Assembly (NCBI RefSeq): GCF_009914755.1
Contig: NC_060925.1
Origin: the human T2T-CHM13v2.0 reference genome, Homo sapiens
Length of the DNA stretch: 64,000 nt
Direction: 5' to 3' (one strand)
Shown one piece after another: positions 1-14,895 of this stretch. The first letter of the stretch is position 1. Each line of letters starts with the position of its first letter. The notes beneath the pieces are model-generated. The model saw only the letters and a list, made by a program, of their open reading frames with translations. It had not been told where the DNA came from and made no database searches. Both the position numbers and the translations under genes were made by a program.

Positions 1-194
1 GGTAATGATTTATGATTATTTATTTTTTAAGAAGTACTATTCTTTCCTTCAATTCATGCTGACTTGTTCAGCAAAATTGGAATATATTTGTGCATTCACC
101 TACAATATGAATTATAAGATTATACATTTTATATTTTCCTTTTTTTTTATCCCTTTTCTTCCTCACATGACTACCATTATTTTTCTTTTTGTAT

Positions 195-698
195 TATTTA
201 TTTGGGGATACAAACTTATTCTCAAACTGAGCAGCACAAACCAACAAATGTGTACTTTATCACAGTGTTTCCAAAAATCAGGAAACTGGCTATATCTTAG
301 CTGGTTAATTTTGACTCAGGAGCTCATGAAATTGCAGTCAGGACATAGGCAGAGGCTGTAGTCATCTGAAGACTTGACTTGGCTCCTTAATGTTCCAGAT
401 TCACTCACCAGGCTTTTGGCAGGAGGCCTCAGTTCCTTGCTGGCTGTTGCTCAGATACCTCAGCTCTTAATCACGTGGGCCTTTCAATAGAGATACTAAT
501 GATTTCCCTTCCTGTAGACCTAGTGATCCAAGAGAGAGCAATTAAGACAATACACAACCTCAGGAGTAATATACCATCACTTTGCCATATTCTACAGGTC
601 ACACAAGACAACTCTGATATAACATGGGAGAGAATTATGGGGTATGAATATCTGAAGGTAGGGATCATTGAGGGCCATCTTGGAGGCTGGCTATTATG
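195..698 (-). mobile_element. MaLR solo LTR, MLT1 (E/F/G-like)
   Basis: Ends in GGGATCATTGAGGGCCATCTTGGAGGCTGGCTA, the reverse complement of the MLT1 5' end. Internal GGAGGCCTCAGTTCCTT and GTCATCTGAAGACTTGACT motifs. Confidence 0.75.
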
Positions 699-2644
699 CT
701 AATAAAACTTTTAATAATGAATGCTAAAAACACATTAACAATATAACTGTGAAAAAAATGTGAATGAATAATACATTTCTCAATTTAATTTAGCACAGTG
801 AAACACTTACACTACCACATTTATAAACTTTATAGTCCTCATAAATTTCTCCAAAATGTCTAAGATAATTCCTGTATAGTTTGTAATATCCTCCTAATTA
901 AATCCTCCTTCTGCTTACCAGTTTGTAAGAAAAGCAAAAATTACTATTTCAATTTATATTTACTGATTTTTCAATTAAAATGACAACTTAGCTTGCAATT
1001 GATTACTACTGCTTTCAACACACAGATATAATCTTTTATATTTGTTTTGAGTTAATAGTTTGTGTAAACTACTGTAAGGAAAATCTCTCTCCATTCATTT
1101 TTTTAATGTTCTTTCTATACTTAAATCAATTGATACCTCAAACTGTATTTAAATAACCATGTTGGAGATTTTATTTACCAATAAAAAATGTAAAAATAAT
1201 TCTCCAATTGTCTCACCTCTGTTAAAATATGTCCTATGTTCTTTCCATAAACTTCCACAATTTGATTTTCCAGTGCATGATCATAGGAGGTTTCTGCAAC
1301 AATGGGGAGGTGTTCTTTTGGTGCAGACTATGTACTCCTTGCTGTCAATCATCAGAAATGCACATTACCTTGAGTAGACAATAGAAATAATGGCAATTCA
1401 GAGATGTTGGCAAAAATAGTTGCTGCTTTTAGTATTGCTACAATGTAACACCACAGAGGGAAGAAGCCAGAGAGAGGAGTTAAAGACAACATTTTTGAAG
1501 TGATCTATAGAATTATCTGAAGTTTGTGACCCATATCTAGTAGAGATGCCACCAATCCCCCATGACTCCAAACATCATTTTAGAGAAATGTTTGCATGTG
1601 TTCAAAATTTTGCATGCTGAAGGCAGATTCAACAAATTTCTGACTTTTGACAGTTATTTCCAACACCTTTTTATAGTCCTTCACTGCCAACTCCCACAGA
1701 CACATTCAGTCTGGCCTGGAAGAATAGCAGATACGCTAATAGTAGTTTCTTTTTCTGTTTGGCTCAGTACTAAAGAGGTATAGAAATAGGAGGTAGAGAA
1801 GCTAAAGAAAAATTAGTGAAAAGAAAGGAGAGCTATAGCTTGATAGTAACACATGGTTACTATCAAACATTACTTTGGATACTCTCTTGATTTTGTTTAT
1901 TTCACATACTGAAAGGATAACATAGTAAGAGACACTCAAAAAGAGGTCTGAGTTTTATATGCAGGTCTCAACAAGAAGCTGTTGAAGATATTTCACAAAC
2001 AATACTAAATTTTGGCCTTGCTGTCTGAGGATCATAAAAAGTCATTTAGTAATATTGGCATGTTATTTTCTTGTGGGTATATGTTAAATAAAAGTTTAAG
2101 CTTCTAGAAACTTACACATTCCAACTCCTTAGACAACTTTAGACATAACACATTTTATAATTAACAGATTTATCTTTAAGTAGATAGATATGTAAATGTT
2201 ATAGATAGTATGTATCACACATATGTTGCACCTCTTCAAGAGAAACTTTGTTCATCACAAATGTTCATACCACATTTAACATTTAACATTGGATCGATGC
2301 TGGTAGATGAAATAATTACTCTCAAACACAGTCACAGAAGGTTCATTCTTTTAGTCACAAAATAAATATTTGTTGTGCAACTACTGTGTGCCAAGGCAGA
2401 ATCTAGGGAAAATGCAGTGGCATTGGAGATATCTTTAGTGTCTCTGAATATACATTAGTGCACAAATCCAAGGGAGGCTGTGACTGGTTGTCATAGGAGC
2501 TAAATTATGTTTTTACATAGGAAGAAAAGAATAGATGAAAAATATATGGTTGTATAAATGAAAGAAACTTGGAGTTAAAAGCAACTTACACCCAACTCTT
2601 CTCATCATGCATTTAACAGTTGGACACTGTATTTTGATTTTAAG

Positions 2645-2818
2645 TTAGAGGACTTTGTTTCTACTCCAGGCTTAATCATTTTCTAAGGTAGGGCCCTCAA
2701 ATAAATCACTTAACCTTTCTATTTCTAAAAATTAATCCTACTTTAGAGTATTTTTTGGAACAATCAAATGAGATGACATAAATGGTACTCAATGTAGAGC
2801 TCTCTGCTGTTATTACTA
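2645..2818 (+). mobile_element. MIR SINE fragment (degenerate)
   Basis: AAATCACTTAACCTTTCT ... AATGAGATGACATAAA ... GCTGTTATTACT. Confidence 0.45.
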
Positions 2819-5659
2819 GAGATCTCTTCTAGTGAACATATCTTTAGAAGTTTTGCATAATTTTGAGATTTAAAAATACAAAATGATACTCTTTTTCACA
2901 TTTTTTTTTCTGTTTGTTTAAGACTTGTGGTTAACCCATGGGCAGTTATATGGTTACTAATTGAGGCTTTGATATTCTTTTTATCCATTCTGGCAACTGT
3001 TGTTCTAGAACAAGATATAATTACTTTATCAAGGTGAACCTTTTCTATATGCTTCAACCTAACATAATGAATTAATATGATATTAACTTTCACCATATAG
3101 TGAAATACAATACCAGTTATTTTATAGATTGAATACCCTTTATTGACAAATGAAAATGAAGAGACTAAAGTAATGTTTGACACCTGCTTTCAGTGGCAAG
3201 CCATATAGGGAAACTGGACACCAGGAAGAAAAGGTAATGCTTTACTTTATTAGAGAATAAAACTAGACAACAGACACTATTCAGGTGAACAAAAGAGGAT
3301 GGCCCTCATATATTTTGGTTACTTTGAATACAAACTCTGAGGAGAAATGTCTCCAATTATTTGCTTCAATAGTACTTTATTAAACCTTATCATTTTGGAA
3401 AATCATAATACACAAAAGCAAAACAAAACTCCCACAATTAGGAGTACAGAGCCCAATATCTTATCATGGAAGCATATACATAGTAGATATTCACATAATC
3501 AAATTTAAATTTGTGGATCTCATTCAGTTAAGGAGAAGAGGTTATGCAAAATATTAATCATAGTCTGGTTATAGGTCTCTAAATAAAATTATGGGAGTAC
3601 ATAAAATATAGTTGTGGTAAAAACTAGAGATCAAATACAGACAGAGAGATACTAGACCATTATTTCATGAAACAAATTAGTAATTTGAAATACCATATTT
3701 TTCAAAAAACTAAGATGAAAAACATCAACCAAAAGAAAAAAATACTGTGTGAAAGTATTTATCAAGGTATTTAATCATATATTCAGTTTATTTATCGGCA
3801 ACGAATGACCATAATTTTGTTAATGCAGTTAAATAATGGCATACAATTTTGTATTTAAACATAGTAATTATAATGTGTGAATCACAATATAAATAATAAT
3901 GCCACATCTAACATTCTGTAATTCCTGTGTTTCCAAAAATATTCCAAGTATTATAGAAACAATTTTCTAATTCAGCTTTTACATACTGATTTATTATGTA
4001 TGATGTATTGTTCTCCATTTAAAAATATTTTACCAGTTTTTTTGAATAATTAATGTTGCTGTTAATTCATTTCATATGTGTGTCCAGTTATGATTACAAT
4101 CTAAATCAATATTAAAGTTATATTTTTGATAATCATAAATCTTTCTGAAATCATATAGTTTTTCTTTATTACCTTCTGATCCTTTAAAGATACTCTGTAT
4201 GTATCTCTATAAGCTATTAATACTATTTTTTATAGTTTCTATTCTGAATACAAATATCTCTTACAATCAGCAATTTTACAAACATAGTAGCATTTACATG
4301 TATTCTCTGAAGGAATGTCTACATTGAAATATCATAGAAATAGCCCTGAAAGATATCCATGATATGCTATATTATTTGATCCTGAGGATATTGTGCCAAT
4401 TGAAGCAGTTTTTTTCAGGATTACATGTGCTTGGCAAAACTTTCTAACGATTAATATGTAGAAACATTTTTGACAAATTACTACTTGATTTTAATGTGGT
4501 TTCATTGATTTCTTAAAGCTGAGACTGGATATTTTTTCAGTTCTTCATTTAATTCCATTATTCCAGCTTCTCTTTCAGCAAATTTGCAGGGAAAAAAGCA
4601 ATGCCTTGAGTGGAATGCTGAAAGCATTTGGATAGCTAGGCATTTTAATTATGAAGTTTTTCATTTGATGTCTTTGTTCGTAATAAGGCAGATAGTAATT
4701 GAGGCAGTTAAAGCTACCTGAACATAAAGAACCTAGACTATTTCTAATGTTCATGGTAAAGTCATGCATATATCTAAAATTTAGATTTAAGTAATTTACC
4801 TGCAATTATGTTTGATTGGCTTATTTGTCATCTCCAGGCAGTCCTACATAAATCACTAAAAAACTAGTTCATCAATTTTTCAATATAAAATGATTCATGA
4901 TTATAGAATATGATAGTTGAAAAACACAGTTTATCCCTAAATGATTACCTTGCAAAACAAAAGTGTCCCATCTCTTCCAAGGGCACAATAATTCAAGGCT
5001 AGAAATGTAGTTTGGTTCCATAGCTGAATGGATTGAGCACACTTTTTGAATACTGTCTACACACATAAATAATAGGATATGAAAAATACACGAGGAAAAT
5101 TTGTGTAATACAGTATGTTCTCCTACTGTTAATCTACCTTTCCAATTGTAAAGAAAAGTGACTGTTTTGTAAGGGGTATTCTTCTCTATAACTTCTACCT
5201 TTTAATTGATCCTATAATTGGTACTAATTAAAGAGCATGTAGCAGTCACCAATCTTTTTAAGTAATGAAATGAAGCAAAGATGTAATCTAAAAGCATAAA
5301 AATAATGGACAAATTGATTCAGATTTTAATGGGAATTCCTTGTAAAGCCTTCAGTGAAATATCTTTTTGGAAGTAAAGAGATTAAAAGAAAAAAAAAACA
5401 CAGGAGTCATCAGTTAAGCAGAATAATAGTTGAAGAAACGAACATAGAACAAGGGTTTTGGGATGGATAGAAAATTCTAAGAGTTGAATATGGAGTCAAT
5501 AACGTTTTTTGATGCTAACTTACATGATATGCAGGTTTTATTATTTCCAGAAGCTCTTCACCAGAGTATTTGGTATAGAATAATGTACATTTTAAATCTA
5601 TTTTGAATAAGATAATAGATAATTATCTCACTGCTTCACTTATTACCTATTCAGTTTAG

Positions 5660-5830
5660 ACTAATTACTTAACTTTTCTGTTCCTCAGTTTCCTCATCTG
5701 TAAACTGGAGCTATTAAAACACCAAATGTACAGTTCTAGTGCAAGAATTAAGTGACATTATAAATGTAAAGTGCTTTAGGAAAGTATAGACTCATAATGT
5801 GCATTTAGTCAATGTTAATTATTAGTATTA
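5660..5830 (+). mobile_element. MIR SINE
   Basis: MIR core CCTCAGTTTCCTCATCTGTAAA ... ATGTAAAGTGCTT. Confidence 0.8.
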
Positions 5831-6255
5831 TGATTCTAATACACACCCTTAAAGGTCTTTATATAGTGATATAAGAAACTTTTTTGTTTATATAGGAGAA
5901 ATATGTTCATAAAAAGTTTTTTTTAAGCAAGTTAAGAGTGACATTGTTTTTACATCAATCTTCTATTTTCACTGGCATGATACCATCATAACATTCAAGG
6001 AGAAACACTTTATTAAATGTTTTGCTGGTGGAATTGTTCTTTACAGACTGACATCATCATCATTCCTCCACATCAGTAGCTAAAGCATAGTTTAAGTTTT
6101 GGTTTATATATGCTTTTGAAAACAAAAGTCATTCTACTAAAATGGATCGTCAAAAAATATCTAATACATTAAAAAGAACTTTCCATTAAAATTTATGGTA
6201 ATTCTTCAGCCTTCCAATAAAACTATATTACTATCCCATGTAGGTGAATTATTTA

Positions 6256-6430
6256 GTATAATAGTGATTAAGTTTGCAACCAAGCACTGTTTGGCTTTAA
6301 ATTCTAGCTTTACTGCTTACTTGCTGTGTGAATTTGGACAAGTAATATACTACCAGTTTTAGAGTTTTCATCTGTAAAGTAGGAATAAAAATAGTATCTA
6401 CCTCACAAAGTACTTTTGAGGACTAAAGAA
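6256..6430 (+). mobile_element. MIR SINE
   Basis: ACTTGCTGTGTGAATTTGGACAAGT ... TTTTCATCTGTAAAGTAGGAATAAAAATAGTATCTACCTCACA. Confidence 0.8.
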
Positions 6431-6599
6431 GCTCATTTATTTTGAAACCTCTTGTGTAACTTAAAGAGAATGCAGTTGGTATAGGTGTTGCCTTCATTGT
6501 AATTCTTCTGTTTTGTAATTGTCAGGGGTACTATTATTAAATCTGGCAATTTTCTCTTGTCCCAATGAAAGTCTCACCTCTAAATTCTTTATTTCTCCC

Positions 6600-6670
6600 T
6601 CTTTCTTTCTCTCTCACACACATATACATATATACATATATGTGCACATATATATGTTATATAGATTCTC
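6600..6670. repeat. (TC)/(CA)/(TA) mixed simple repeat
   Basis: Seen directly. Confidence 0.7.
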
Positions 6671-7269
6671 TCTATTTTTTTTAACTTCCTACTTAAATAG
6701 TGTTTTCTGTCTTGGTGTCTAATGAATATATAGGCATTTCTTTATTCAATAACGTTGTTTATCCATGTAGTTTGTGAATAAAAAAAGCTTTAGACCTGGA
6801 AATGGTGCTATACAAAATATAAATGAAAATTTTGATTAACAGACAAAAACTAGATGCCAGTTTTTCTCTGAAGCAAAAGTTAAAATTAATAAATAAATTA
6901 TTTATTTATTTAATTTTATAAAAAATAATAAATTGAACTTCCAGAATTATTTGTGAAGGATCCGTGATAGAGGATGGGGAAAAACTTATTTGAAAACTCT
7001 GCAAAATGTAGGAATTTAAAGAAAAATAATAAAAGATTGAGCAGAAATATATGCACCTAAAAATAGGATTTTTTTGTTCCATCCCCATTTTCAATTCATT
7101 ATTTTGCTTCATATTTCACTGATAAAATTGAAGTAATTGGAAGAAAGTTTTCAGAAACTTCCACCTGTGTATTTACCAGCCTGCCTGCATATACGTTGCT
7201 TTGCCTCCTGCTACTATTGAAGGGTACTCCCTGAATCCATATTAGGTCAATTCTGCCCTTTTTACAGAA

Positions 7270-8345
7270 GATCTGGTCATGTACCTTCATTCTTCTAAAA
7301 TACTCTTATCAAAATCTCCAGGTACTTCCATATTGTTAAATCCAATAACAAATTATCAGTTTTCATTGTATTTGACCTGTCAGCAGCCTTTAAGCTGGCA
7401 AGGCACTTCCTTCTTTTTTATACACTTTGTTTGTAATTTTCAAGGCACGATACTCCCTATTTTTCTCCATCTTACTCCTACAACTCATTTAGTTCTGCTA
7501 CTTGTATGCCTTCTCTTCATCCTTTTAATATTGGAATGTTTAGAGCTGAATCTGTGAAACTCTTATCTCTATATGAGATTATTTTAGTAATTCCACACAA
7601 TTGTTACTTTACGGACCACTTATATAGTGAAAATCCCCAATTTATAGCTCCATCTCTGATTTAGCTTATAAAATCTAGACTCTTATCTACAACTAATGGA
7701 CTCAGTGTTCCCATTTTGAACTGTAACACTCAGTTAAACATTAATATGGACTTCTCATATTGTGCACAAACTCATTCATCTGAATTTCTTCTCTTCTCAT
7801 TAATGGCACTTCATTCTACCATTTGCTTCATGTCTTCTTTAACTTCTTTTCTTTTAATGCCCATAGCTAACCTGTCAGGAAAATATCTTGATTCTATTTT
7901 TTAAGAAAAAAATGTAGAATCTGACCACTTCTCACTAACTTTACCGGATTTTTTTCTCCAAATAATTCAATTATTAGCACAGTTGGAAGACTAGCACTTT
8001 TCCAGTTGTAATGCTTATTCTTTAGACTCTATTCTCAAAGCAGCATTACACGTCAAAAAATAACTCAAATCAAATCACTTTTTCAATGAGTCATACATTG
8101 GCAATCGTAATTAAAATTTCCCGTTCTTTTATTTGTATTTATTCCCCTTACCTGCTTTATTTTTCCTATAACAATTATCACCTTTTAAGTATTATACAAT
8201 TATGCTGTTAACATGACTCCACACAACTAATACATAGTTCTCTTGGATTCAGGAATGTTTTTGGTCTTATTCTTCAATATATCCTTAGCACACAGAAGAG
8301 TCCTTGGTAAATAAGTAGGTACTCAATAAATATTTGGTACGAAAA
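7270..8345 (+). mobile_element. L2 LINE, 3' portion
   Basis: TTGACCTGTCAGCAGCCTTT and TCTGACCACTTCTCAC motifs; terminal GTAGGTACTCAATAAATATTTG typical of the L2 3' end. Confidence 0.75.
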
Positions 8346-8723
8346 AGAACAAAATATACATTTTATGACTTAGGAAGATAGTACAAAAGAATGAAGATGA
8401 TATGTAGTTTACAATTCAATAAGGTACTAACTAAATAAGGACCACAATTTTATTTATATTTCTTTTAATAAATGTATAACAAAAGAATTAAGTGAAAACG
8501 AAAAAAACAAACATTTTTTAAAAAGTAAATGCAATATTCAGTATTTCCTGTGATTATAAACAATTTTTTCTACCCATTTTAACTGATAAAATTAACATAG
8601 ACTTAAAACACAAAGACAGAAACTTCTCTACTGAGTATTAAGTTAAAGCTATCCTCCAGTGCTCCCTTCAGATTAGCAATCCTCTCTAAAAGTTTTATTA
8701 CCAATGGAAAGCAGCCCTAATTT

Positions 8724-9147
8724 TGTCTTAGTTTTTTGTTGCTTACAACAGAATACTTGAAAATAGGTAATTTATTTTTTAAGAGACATGGGGGTGGGAT
8801 AAGGTTTAGTTCTTACAGTTCTGGAACTGGGAAATTCAAGTCCAAGGAGGTACATCTAGGGAGAGCCTTCCTGCTGATGGGACCTCTCTGCAGGGTCTCG
8901 AAGTAGCACAGGACATCCTATGATGAGGAGGCATGCTTGCTCAGGTCTTTCTTCCTCTTCTTACATAGCTATCAGTGTTATTCATATAATAACCTATTAA
9001 TCCATTAATTTATGAATGTATCAATGCATTATGAGGGTGGAGACCTTATGACTCAATTACTTCTCATGATCTCCACTTGTCAATACTGCCTTAGTGGGGA
9101 TTAAATTTCCACATGGGATTTGGAAGGTAGAAATATAAACAATAGCA
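8724..9147 (-). mobile_element. MaLR solo LTR (MST family, MSTC/MSTD-like)
   Basis: TGTCTTAG...TCTTACAGTTCTGG...GGGGATTAAATTTCCACATG...AATAGCA; imperfect 5-bp TSD AATTT/AATGT. Confidence 0.8.
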
Positions 9148-9856
9148 AATGTGATACCTCTTTGAATCAGCTTTCTGTATTTTTGGAGTTTTCTAGCTAA
9201 TCTTTCATAAAATAACTGAGGTAGAAGAGCTGTTAAGGTCTTGACATATTCCTGGCTTATGTAATTGGTTTCAATGGAGAATTAGTAAACTATGGCATTT
9301 CAAACTTAATTGGACCCAATGTAATAATAAAAGATTCACTTTAAACTTGGTACTGTAGTGCTCTAATTTCTTTCTTTACTTACTAGTTTTATGCTGTTGA
9401 TTTTTTTATGTATTATTTATATAAAGTTTTATATAAGCATATTCATAAAATGCTAAATGCACAAAAGTTGCCACCAAAACAAATCTATAAATATTTATTA
9501 AATAGTACATAATAGTATTTACCAATCATATGTAATATTTCAAATATAGAACAAAATAATGAGCAGACATGGTTTCCCTATATCCTCTAATTTCCAGAAA
9601 ACATCAGATTTCAAAGTCTAGTCTTAATGTCTGTCTGTTATCTTAAATTTTACTTGGGTGCTCATGTGATCTGACCTTTCATTTAAAAAATGAGATCATT
9701 TGGTTTTAAAAATGAAATTACTGCAGTTACACAGTTTCTACTTTTAAAAAGACAGTTGGCTATTTGAAGTATTATCTTAATTCTCCAAATAACATATTGT
9801 CTTGTTTTCTCTTGACTATTTCAAATTCATCTTGCCCCAAATTGGAAGTCAATATT

Positions 9857-10190
9857 TGACTTAGTCCATTTGAGCTGCTATAACAAAATAACATAAAACT
9901 GGGTGGCATATGAATAAAAATGTTTTATTTCTCCCAGTTCTGGGGTCTGGGAAGTCCCAGATCAAGGCACTGGCAAATTCAGTGTCTGGTTAGGGCTTGC
10001 TCCTCAGAGATGAAGGCTTCTCCCCGTGTTTGCTCATGGTGGAGGGGGAAAACCGGCTCCCTGTGAACCTCTTTTATAAAGGCACACATCGCACTCAGCC
10101 TTCATGGTTAATCATCTCCCAGAGGCTTCATCTTGAGGCTTAGAATTTCCACATATAAATTTGGGGGTGACAAACATTCAGACCATAGCA
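9857..10190 (-). mobile_element. MaLR solo LTR (MLT1A-like)
   Basis: TTAGTCCATTTGAGCTGCTATAACAAAA...AACATTCAGACCATAGCA; imperfect 5-bp TSD ATATT/ATGTT. Confidence 0.82.
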
Positions 10191-10221
10191 ATGTTATCTC
10201 TGTTCCTTCCAATAGGAAAGT

Positions 10222-10600
10222 GTCAATTCATTCAAAACTATTTATGAATTACCTACTATGGGTGAAGCAGAAATGTAGGCACTGGGAACACAGTGGTGAA
10301 CAAGATAAACAGAAATGGAGCTAATGTTTAGTGAGCAAGAAAAGAAATCAGTAAGGTAAATATGTAAAATACATTGTATGTTAGTGGTGAGAGCTAAGAA
10401 GAAAATCATGAAGGGAAGAAATACAGGAAATTTAAAACCCATATGAGAGGAGAGCCAGAACCATGCAAATATCAAGGGAAAGCTGTGCCAGGCAGGAGAA
10501 ACTTCCAAAATAAAGAATTTGAGGTAGGCATGTCCCTGCCAGACTCCAAGAGGACAACTAGGGGATAAGAGTTCAGAAAGGTGAGGGAGGTTAAGGCATT
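10222..10600 (-). mobile_element. L2 LINE 3' end
   Basis: ATTCATTCAAAACTATTTATGAATTACCTACTATG...TAGGCACTGGGAACACAGTGGTGAACAAGA. Confidence 0.75.
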
Positions 10601-11139
10601 ATATACTATTTTATATTGCTTTATTTTCCCTTTATGTAAATGTATTGTCTACTCTTTTGCTATTGTTTAATTGGTTACCCTAAAGTCTATACTATGCATT
10701 ATTAATTCATTCTAACACAAATTATGACTTTTACCACTTCCAAAATGAAACTAGAACATTAGAACTTTTTAATTGCATGTATACTTATATCTTTTGTATA
10801 ATTTTGTTTACACATTTTAATTTCATATATAACAGAACCCCATAAAACATAAGTCTAATTGTTTTGTACAGTTCATACTCAGTAAATTTTTAGTTGTGTT
10901 TATCCTCATTGCCCTTCTCTTAGTTCTTTGTTACTGTCTTCATTTCTGTGTTTTCCTCTCAGGCCATTTTGCTTCTGACTCTTCGAAGTTCTTCCTCTCT
11001 GGAGTCATAGTCCCTGTAGTTCTGTGTCTTCAGCAGCTCTTAGCTGCCTTCAAATCAGTCCTTTCTACTCTGTGTGTGTGTGTTGCATGGTTGTTCTAGG
11101 TATGCACAGCCAATGCATTTTCTGTGCTATTTCATTCTA

Positions 11140-11330
11140 CATCTTATTTCAGAACTTTATACACATTATTTTGTATGTATTTCTCACAGCAGTCCTTCAA
11201 GAAAGGTAACGTCAGTATTTCTGTTTACTTATCAGGAATGTGATGTTCCTGAGACTAATCAACATTCCTGAGACCACTCTGTTCATAAATTCTGTAGTCA
11301 GAATTCAAATGTGGGCCTGTAGAATTCAAA
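11140..11330 (-). mobile_element. MIR SINE (degenerate)
   Basis: CTTTATACACATTAT...TCTCACAGCAGTCCT...AGAATTCAAA pattern. Confidence 0.5.
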
Positions 11331-12067
11331 TAAGTGTGTGTGCCCACACTCTTTCTACTTAGTAAAGACATAGCCAAAGGCTCCATGAAGCTCTTGATTA
11401 GCCACGTGAATCTAAAGAGAACTTACTCTGTTCCAGGCATCATACTAGGGGTTGAATAGAGTGTGGTCTGTGGAGATAGGGTATAGAGAAGGTATACAAA
11501 GTTAGTACACCTCCCATAGTCTTAAGGAACAGTTAAAGTACACATATAACAAATTATCAATAAATATAAGTGCTATCTATAGAAATAAAAGTTAGTAAGT
11601 ATCAGGAGTGGATTTTGGGGGAAATGTCTTCTTTCTTAGAAAGAAATTATATTTGAACAACTTCAAAGGTGAGAAGAGGTTGTCAAGGTAGTGAATGAAT
11701 AGCAGATCAAAATATTATGGACATTATCCTGTACATGATGGGGAACTGTTGCAGATTTGGGACATAGAAGAAATATTAACAGCACCCTCATAATGATAGA
11801 AAGGAAATGGTTAAAAGGGAAAACTGTTAACTGCTTTGGTGGGGTAGAGATTGACACTGATGAGAGATATTTAATGGTTTCAGCCTGTTCATATATATAT
11901 TTCTGCCTAATGAGAGAGTTTCCACCCTCGGGAAAAAAAAAAAAAAAAGGATTTAACTCTCCCCATTGTTACAGATTGACAATTTTATAGACAGAAGGTG
12001 GGAGAATCTCAAATTAGAGAAAAAATAAAATATAAATCTAGGTCAATCATTTTAAAGTTAAAAAGGC

Positions 12068-12425
12068 CATGAAATACTATTCAGGCATATAAAATAATCA
12101 AAATATGTATTTTGCAGAAACATGTATGGCACTGGAGGTCATTATCGGAAGTGAAACAAGTCAGACGCAGTCAAATACCATGTTTTCACTCATAAGTGGG
12201 AGCTGAAAAATATGTATACATGGACATAGAGAGTGGAATGGTGGATAATGGAGACTCGGAAGGGTGAGAGTGTGGGAGAGGGAGGATAATGAGAAATTAC
12301 CTAATGGGTACAATGTACATTATTCAACTGGTGGATATCCTAAAAGCTCTGACTTTACCACTATGCAATATATGTCTGTAATAAAATTGCACTTGTACCC
12401 TATACATTTATTTTAAAATAATAAC
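12068..12425 (+). mobile_element. L1 3' end (L1PB-like), 5'-truncated
   Basis: CTCATAAGTGGGAGCTG...GAGAAATTACCTAATGGGTACAATGTAC...TTGCACTTGTACCC. Confidence 0.85.
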
Positions 12426-12534
12426 AAAAGGCTAGTATAAGTATGCTTTCTTAAAAAGTAAATAAATTAACAAAGTGATGTTTAAAAGAGCTATTTGAAA
12501 GAAGCAGCTCTGTTTAATAACAGTAGCACTATAT

Positions 12535-12971
<437 letters not shown>

Positions 12972-13807
12972 CTATCTCTCCTATGAAATTGCAAATCCAA
13001 GATCAGAAATCATATTATTATTTATTTTATTACTCCCTTGGAATACTAAATGACCTAGTAATTACGTGTTGAATAATTTACTAAGTGAAATACAAAAAAA
13101 GGGAAAGAAAAACGATATAAAAATTGTCATAACTTGAAAATAAAGGATTCTAGACTATATGAGAAAATATTTTCCCAGTTAATATCAGCCAAGGCATTTC
13201 TCCAGTTCTTTGTAAAGAGAAACTAGAAATTTATATTTGAACCCAACTGAAATGCTTCAACAATATATATAGTTAAATGAGCAGTAATATATAACTAGTT
13301 TTCCTTCCAAAGTTTGTTTATTCTGTTATTTTCATTCTTTCTTTGTCTCCAAGTCTTGAGATAAAGAACCCCCAGCAGTTTTTCTGGGTAGCTGTCTTGT
13401 CTATAGATTACACATGACTATTATAACCAGATATTGATGCAAAAAAAGTAGATTAAACAAGGAAAGAAAGAACGTCATCTACTGAATGAGAATCTAACAA
13501 GAATTATTTCTGTGTGTATGTGCTACACGTTGCTAGTGCAGCAGAGTATTTTTTAAAATAATCAGAAAGGAATTATTTAAAATGTTTATTCTGTTGGTTC
13601 AATTCAAGATTACTTCAAAAATTTGGTTAAAGAAGTTCTGATTCCTCATATACATTTTAGAGTCAATCTGATTTACACATTAGTTGTATTTATTTCTAGC
13701 GTTTCTTGTGATATGACGGTTAACTGATGCCTTTGATTCTATGATAAAGGAAAATTTTTATCTCTATCAACTTAGTTGTGCAACAAAGTTCTCATTTCTG
13801 CCTTCAA

Positions 13808-14895
13808 AAATTTTATTTATTTTGATATAATTCAAATTAGTTTAAAAGAGGCAAAAATAGTTCAAAGGACTCCCATAGACTTTTTACATAGTTTGACAAA
13901 CTATTCATACTTTTCCCCATTGACCTTTTTGTTATCTCTTTTTCTCTGTGTGTCCATGAGTACACACACACATATGTATGTACGTATGTATGTAGATGTA
14001 TAAATTTTCCCGAACCCATTGAGAGTAAGTGATAGAGTCACGTCCCTTTAGACATGTGTGTCATTGTATGCTTCCTACGGAAAAGGGTATACTCTTACAT
14101 AACTATGGTACAATTTTAAAAATATTGATACAATATTATTATCTAATCCACACTTCATATTCAGATGTCATTAATTGTTCCAATAATGTGCTTTATAAAT
14201 ATCTTTTCCTGGTTCAGAATCCAATAAGGTATCATGAATTACATTCTGTTGTCTCACCTTTCTTGATACAGAGCATTTCCTTGAACTTTCTTTGTGTTTC
14301 TTCCCTTTGGCATTTTTGGAGATTACTGGTGAATTGTTTTTTAGACTTGTTCTTCAGGTTGAGTTTTGCATATGTTTTGGTAGGAATACTATAAAAGTGA
14401 AGATTGCCTTTCTCAATGTGTTATATCTGGAAGCACCTGATGTTCAATTGTCCAGTATTGTGATATTAATTTGATAACATGGTTAAGGAATCCAAAAAGT
14501 ATTCCTACTATAAAATTATTATTTTTTGTAAGTAATAACTGGTTTTATTTATCAAAATTTGATCTGTTGGGTTTACCACCTTTTGACACTTTTCAGACTC
14601 TATACTTATTTTTATGTTTATTAGTTGATCCTCTGTAAGGAAGAGATTTCCTTCCTCCCTTATTTATTAATTTCTTCATTTTTATGCCATTATGAATTCA
14701 GATTATTATTAACATCTGGACAGTGACTGGCCCTGCAAAATAACTTCTTGTTCTTTACATCTATTTTAATTATTCTTTGGCTATTTCTTACCTTTGGTAC
14801 AACAAAATAATCCAGGCTCAATGTGTACCTTCCCTGCCCCAGACTCAGAATCAACTTCTTCACTAAGAATTCTAGATCCTTTTACTAAAGGCTAT
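13808..14895 (-). mobile_element. Old L1 3' end (L1MC4-like)
   Basis: TTTTATTTATTTTGATATAATTC...CCATTGAGAGTAAG...TCTTACATAACTAT...CCAGGCTCAATGTGTACCTTCCCTGCCCCAGAC. Confidence 0.7.

Noticed and set aside
5-361. 118-aa ORF and other short F/I/L/Y-rich ORFs throughout (e.g. 14029-14394, 34056-34406, 48454-48867)
   Set aside because: Composition reflects AT-rich or repeat DNA, many use non-ATG starts, and none has recognisable homology.
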